DNA of 64,000 nucleotides from a virus, in IMG/VR virus record IMGVR_UViG_3300026488_000010; one strand, 5' to 3'. The notes under the pieces are model-generated. The model ran no database searches and was not told the origin of the DNA. It was given only the letters and a program-made list of their open reading frames with translations. Of the stretch, positions 60,122 to 64,000 are shown one piece after another. Numbering within the stretch: the stretch's first letter is position 1; each line of letters starts with the position of its first letter. The position numbers and the translations under genes are program-made.

Positions 60122-60198
60122 TGGTCGTCCTTCGAAGACTTGAACTTCGGACCTCACCCTTATCAGGGGCGCACTCTAACCAACTGAGCTAAAGGACG
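60122..60198 (-). tRNA. trnI: tRNA-Ile(GAT)
   Basis: Anticodon loop CTGATAA, T-loop TTCAAGT, CCA. Confidence 0.95.
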
Positions 60199-60214
60199 AT
60201 TAATGTTTTAATGG

Positions 60215-60290
60215 TGGCTCCGGAGGCAGAATTCGAATCTGCAATCTTCAAGTTAACAGCTTGCTACATCACCAGTTATGTTACTCCGGA
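60215..60290 (-). tRNA. trnN: tRNA-Asn(GTT)
   Basis: Acceptor TCCGGAG/CTCCGGA, loop CTGTTAA, CCA; 27:43 G-A mismatch. Confidence 0.9.
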
Positions 60291-60317
60291 ATATTTTTTG
60301 TAAGTATAAATACTTAG

Positions 60318-60390
60318 ATGAGGAAGAGGGTTTCGAACCCCCAACATTCGCCACCAAAAGGCGATGCTCTACCAGTTGAGCTATTCCTCA
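60318..60390 (-). tRNA. trnQ: tRNA-Gln(TTG), atypical, no encoded CCA
   Basis: TGAGGAA/TTCCTCA acceptor, TCGCC-TTTTGGT-GGCGA anticodon arm, T-loop TTCGAAA. Confidence 0.75.
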
Positions 60391-60402
60391 TCTAAATATT
60401 CA

Positions 60403-60547
60403 ATAAGAACACATATGACCGCGAATAAGCGTCTGAGGATTCGAACCTCAGTAACCTAAAGCATTCACTGCCTTTCGCTAATCACCTTTTCGGTTTGCAA
60501 CCCGTATAGTGTGTCGGCCGACAATTCGCGGTCATATGTATTCTTAT
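60403..60547 (-). ncRNA. Candidate ~145-nt structured RNA with a tRNA-type T-arm
   Basis: 16-bp perfect closing stem (60411-26/60524-39) extended by a G-U pair and 7 more bp; CTGAGG-TTCGAAT-CCTCAG T-arm; no cloverleaf. Confidence 0.6.
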
Positions 60548-60743
60548 GTATTCTTATTAAATTTAAACAATAGAACCTTTCATCCAAAACGGGCGAACAC
60601 TTAGTTCATCATAAACTTTATCCAATTCTTTTTGAGTATTTGCTAAACTTGAAGCGACTATCAATTCTCTAAAAGACATGTTTTTTAATTCTTTTTCTTT
60701 TTTCAATTTCTTTTCTTTTCTTTTCTTTTCTTTTTTTAATTTA

Positions 60744-60818
60744 TGGTGACCCTGCAGAGATTTGAACTCTGGTGACAGGCATGAAAAGCCTGGATCCTAA
60801 CCACTAGATGACAGGGTC
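60744..60818 (-). tRNA. trnE: tRNA-Glu(TTC)
   Basis: CAGGC-TTTTCAT-GCCTG anticodon arm, CCA. Confidence 0.95.
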
Positions 60819-60819
60819 G

Positions 60820-60911
60820 TGGAGGAGAATGAGAGATTCGAACTCTCGGACGATCAGAAACCGTCAACAGATTTCAAGTCTGCCGCCATCGACCAACTCG
60901 GCCAATTCTCC
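60820..60911 (-). tRNA. trnS: tRNA-Ser(TGA)
   Basis: Loop CTTGAAA, long variable arm, CCA. Confidence 0.92.
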
Positions 60912-60934
60912 ATATTATTATAACTTCTTTGTTG

Positions 60935-61011
60935 TGGTCGCATATCGAAGACTTGAACTTCGGACCTCACCCTTATGAGGGGCACGCTCTAACCAACTGA
61001 GCTAATATGCG
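60935..61011 (-). tRNA. tRNA with CAT anticodon, most likely tRNA-Ile2 (lysidine)
   Basis: Loop CTCATAA; body nearly identical to tRNA-Ile(GAT); lacks initiator GGG/CCC context with C1:A72. Confidence 0.8.
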
Positions 61012-61032
61012 GTAATATGCGATGGTGCCTGA

Positions 61033-61121
61033 TGGTGGATAGTGAGAGATTTGAACTCTCGGTACTCGAAAGTACGCTTCCTTAGCAGGGAAGTACCATA
61101 AGCCAGCTCGGCCAACTATCC
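61033..61121 (-). tRNA. trnS: tRNA-Ser(GCT)
   Basis: CTTCC-CTGCTAA-GGAAG arm, long variable arm, CCA. Confidence 0.92.
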
Positions 61122-61225
61122 TTAAATTTTGTAGTTAAATGCAACTTACGCAAATCTAAAGACAAGAAATGAGTAGCTACTTCACCGTTAGGCTCAGTAG
61201 CTACTCAAAAAAATAATTTAATTGT

Positions 61226-61369
61226 CTAAAGGGTTGGAGGCCATTCTTTCGCGACGTTATCATTATTTTCCCAAGAGCTACTGAACATACTATTTTGCAC
61301 ATTTTCATTAGTTGAGGCACTAATCTGCATATCATTAATCGATTCAATATTTAATGTACAATTTTTCAT
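61226..61369 (-). CDS. 47-aa hypothetical peptide
   Basis: Own translation MKNCTLNIES...EWPPTL; AAGGAA RBS; followed by hairpin 61170-61205. Confidence 0.35.
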   Translation of the reverse strand: MKNCTLNIESINDMQISASTNENVQNSMFSSSWENNDNVAKEWPPTL

Positions 61370-61484
61370 AATATGTTCCTTATTTTTTATATTTATTTTT
61401 CTTATACTTATTTGTTACCAGTGTTATTTTTTTACTCAAAATAATGCTATAAACTACTTAGACACGTTCCACTATTGTTGTGTC

Positions 61485-61670
61485 AATAATTTAAAAAAGT
61501 TCAGACCAGCTGCCCTGCTACATCTAAGTATGTATTAGACGGTTGCTATACTCCGCTGAGTCATCATAACGTTTTTATCACCTCGGTACTTTATTACTAG
61601 ACGATGATACTTTATAACTGCTTTTAACAGTAACGCTTTTATGCTCTCGTATGAACTTTTTTAAATTATT
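61485..61670 (-). ncRNA. Candidate structured RNA enclosed by a 19-bp stem
   Basis: aataatttaaaaaagttca (61485-61503) is the exact reverse complement of 61652-61670; interior GC-richer with small hairpins; no ORF. Confidence 0.4.
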
Positions 61671-61681
61671 TTAAATTATTT

Positions 61682-62505
61682 TGGACTTTTTAGAAGCTTG
61701 AGAATACAGCTTCTAAACGTGAATCTTAAAGACCTTATTTTTTAGTCTCTTTTCCACTTACGCGAGTAAGTACTTCACACGGTTGCAATTTTTATAGATC
61801 ATGCGATTGATCTCTAACTTATAACTACTCATATTTTATCAACTTGAGAACCTTGCGAGCTCTAAAAGACTACGAATCTATCATGAGACTTAATATAAAA
61901 GGATATTTGCCTTGGGGGCATCACCTCTCCATATTCAATAAATTGTATGGAATTAAACCGCTTTCGTTATAAATGAATCTGAACTTTCCATGTGCTTTCG
62001 CTTATTTAATTTTCAGTTTAAAATTTAATCTAATTTTTGTGTGATACCAATGTGTCAGATTAAGTGTGTCGTAACCTTTTGAGTCACAATATACACCACA
62101 TCAGTTGTTCAGTTTTTTACACTAAACAATCCGTTGGATTTGCTCCTTATGAGAACACTCCCAACTTCTTGAAATTCGCCCTTGCTTTTACACTTGAACC
62201 TAATTTCTACCTTTACTTGCTATTATTTATATCGTTGGATAATTGTTAAGTAGGTCCCCCTACAAATAATGCTACAGCCGTAAGCCCTCACATCCTAGGT
62301 CGTTATCCCAAACAATTCGATTTTCTTAATGTATCTCATATTTCAATAAGATATTAACGCAACAAACGTTAATCAAGTTAGCTTGCATAAACAAACTAGA
62401 TGCTAACATCTAGCGATGATTTATCAGATCACCTTTACACCACTTACATGATGATATTCGGATTATACTCCGACATAACTTTGACTGCTATGATTTTTCG
62501 CTGTT
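61682..62505 (-). ncRNA. Candidate large (~820 nt) multi-hairpin ncRNA
   Basis: No credible ORF, many stems, GAAA/GCAA tetraloops on minus strand, co-oriented with tRNA array. Confidence 0.5.
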
Positions 62506-62686
62506 TATATCTCTAATACATAATTAATTAGATACTGAGATATAAACAACTATATAAATACTCATATGTTTGTTTTAGAGTACTCAAATAGTTGTTTACA
62601 ATATACTATTTCTATAGTAACTATTTTCTATCTTTAAAGATAGAAAATAATATATTCCATTTAAATATTGAGATAAGGTTTAAACC

Positions 62687-62983
62687 TTATGCTCCGATTT
62701 TTTTACCTGATTTTGAGAGTTCAAACGCAAGTTTAGTACGCGCAGGTTTAGCTGGAATATCATAGAATGTTCCGGGAACTAGTGCATTCTCAACATTAAG
62801 ACGAGCAGCAGTTGCTCTAACATCTTTACGTTTAAAAGTACCATTTTTACCAAATGCTGCTTTGCCATTTTCCATAGCTTCTTTCACAATTGTATCAATT
62901 ACGAATTCTACTTTTTCTCTACCAGCATCAGCTGTTTCACCAAATTTCTCACTAAATTTTGCATATAATTCTTTTTCAGTCAT
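62687..62983 (-). CDS. hup: HU/IHF-like DNA-binding protein
   Basis: MTEKEL...FGKNGTFKRKDVRATAAR...IPAKPARTKLAFELSK matches HU fold; start re-called to 62983 (GGAG RBS). Confidence 0.8.
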   Translation of the reverse strand: MTEKELYAKFSEKFGETADAGREKVEFVIDTIVKEAMENGKAAFGKNGTFKRKDVRATAARLNVENALVPGTFYDIPAKPARTKLAFELSKSGKKIGA

Positions 62984-63566
62984 ATAATTCTCCGTTAAGT
63001 TTTTTTTGAGTTTCCTCATAAAAGATTTTATAAAATATAAAAGCTTTTATAAAGAAATCAGATCGAGGAGAGAAGTCTCGATCTAATTTAGGACGTTCTA
63101 ATGAAAAACAAAATATCTAATCAAGGATATAGATATGAGTAATAGTGACATATAATAAGCATTAAAGCATTAAAGCATTAAAGCATTAAAGGAGTCAAAT
63201 TATGAAATACAAAGTTGAGATAAGGGGTAGACAAAAAATACGAAACGCACGAAACACACACAAAACACGTGTCTTGTCAGACGAAAAGGAGTTAATTTCT
63301 TTTGTTTTGGTTTACTCAGATTTTATATAAGATTATACATCATTAAAGATTTATCGCGTGTTTTATCGAGTGTTCACTTAATAAGTACTTAATACCTTTA
63401 ATAAATTAAATTTTATTTCTGATCACCTGGCTGTTAAATATCAGCGCTCTAAATATAACAAATTATACTTAAAGCGTTGTATTTGAGTTACTTTATCTGT
63501 TTGTCTGTATTACATTTAATAATTTCTATAGTAACTTTTTCTATCTTTTAAGATAGAAAAATATAG

Positions 63567-63989
63567 TTACCAGGCGTTGAATCCGCCTGATGTACTAGGT
63601 GCTGTTATAGTACCTGCAGTTTTTTGGGTAGATGCTACAGTATTTGTGGCATGTGTTGTGCTCACTGTATCAGATACAGCGATATCAGTTAACTCTACTA
63701 AATCATCAGTACTTTGATTTAATGCTTTAAATTCTTGTTTAACCATAAATTCTTTATACATATTTGTCTTAGCGAATAATTTAATTCCTAAATTTACGAT
63801 TGTTTCACCATGAATTGCACTTGCCTCTTGAATAATAGTCATTGCATCTTTATCTAAAGCAACTGTTACTTTAGATAGTACTTCATCACCAGCAGTGCTA
63901 TTCATCTGAGGTTCAGATGAATATGATGTTGCAGGTGCAGGCTGTTGATGTTGCGGCTGTTTCGGCATATTTGCTGGAACTTCTAACAT
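63567..63989 (-). CDS. Hypothetical protein
   Basis: 140-aa ORF at window edge, GGA RBS remnant. Confidence 0.55.
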   Translation of the reverse strand: MLEVPANMPKQPQHQQPAPATSYSSEPQMNSTAGDEVLSKVTVALDKDAMTIIQEASAIHGETIVNLGIKLFAKTNMYKEFMVKQEFKALNQSTDDLVELTDIAVSDTVSTTHATNTVASTQKTAGTITAPSTSGGFNAW

Positions 63990-64000
63990 TATAATGATCC

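Noticed and set aside
60026-60157. N-terminal part of track ORF 59789..60157
   Set aside because: It is a read-through of tRNA-Asp and tRNA-Ile genes; the credible start is ATG 60025 with an RBS
60403-60547. tRNA-Sec, tRNA-Cys or tmRNA
   Set aside because: No TCA anticodon arm or Sec geometry, the GCA loop lacks a 5-bp stem and D-arm, far too short and no tag ORF for tmRNA
61023-61032. TCAGGCACCA resembling the 3' end of a deleted tRNA
   Set aside because: Only 10 nt; cannot be distinguished from chance
61682-61760. Group I intron core (GACTA ... AAGTCC resembles P7)
   Set aside because: No interrupted gene or exon flanks, imperfect P7 pairing and no recognisable P3/P4/P6 set; kept only as an item for cmscan
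62064-62249. 61-aa plus-strand ORF
   Set aside because: No RBS, antisense to local transcription, lies in the structured region
63300-63520. Host assignment from sigma70-like TATAAT boxes, RBS style and AT content
   Set aside because: Only a Gram-negative host is supported (spanins); these signals are too generic to name a taxon
1-64000. Stop-codon reassignment (alternative genetic code) as seen in some jumbo phages
   Set aside because: Standard code gives long intact ORFs ending in TAA, TAG and TGA, and no suppressor tRNA is present

Overview
AT-rich, densely coding 64-kb segment of a large (jumbo-type) tailed phage genome, transcribed almost entirely on the minus strand; only an HD-domain gene and a small ORF near 59-59.8 kb are on the plus strand. 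It holds a T4-like morphogenesis module (portal, large terminase, gp13-like neck, gp53-like wedge, probable gp15-like and tube-initiator proteins, tape-measure-like protein with an M15 peptidase), a spanin pair (implying a Gram-negative host), a ~23-kb fibre/adhesin region, a multi-subunit RNA polymerase beta subunit split over two genes, an M15 endolysin, an HU-like protein and eight tRNA genes. No major capsid protein, prohead protease, beta-prime subunit or replication gene was recognised. Most notable observations: (1) about 17 small proteins sharing an N-terminal leader ending in (I/L)-(I/L)-x-E, reminiscent of T4 capsid-targeting sequences, many with Gly/Ala-rich hydrophobic payloads; (2) ten fibre-like genes sharing an Mtd_N-like N-terminal anchor; (3) three ORF-free structured RNA candidates in and beside the tRNA array, one ~820 nt; (4) an ArfA/BrfA-like ORF with a terminator inside its own coding sequence; (5) a dispersed palindrome family, a conserved hairpin+TTCTTGT signal and an AACAAAT(A/T) upstream motif. 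All family assignments are from motif recognition by eye; no database search was run.
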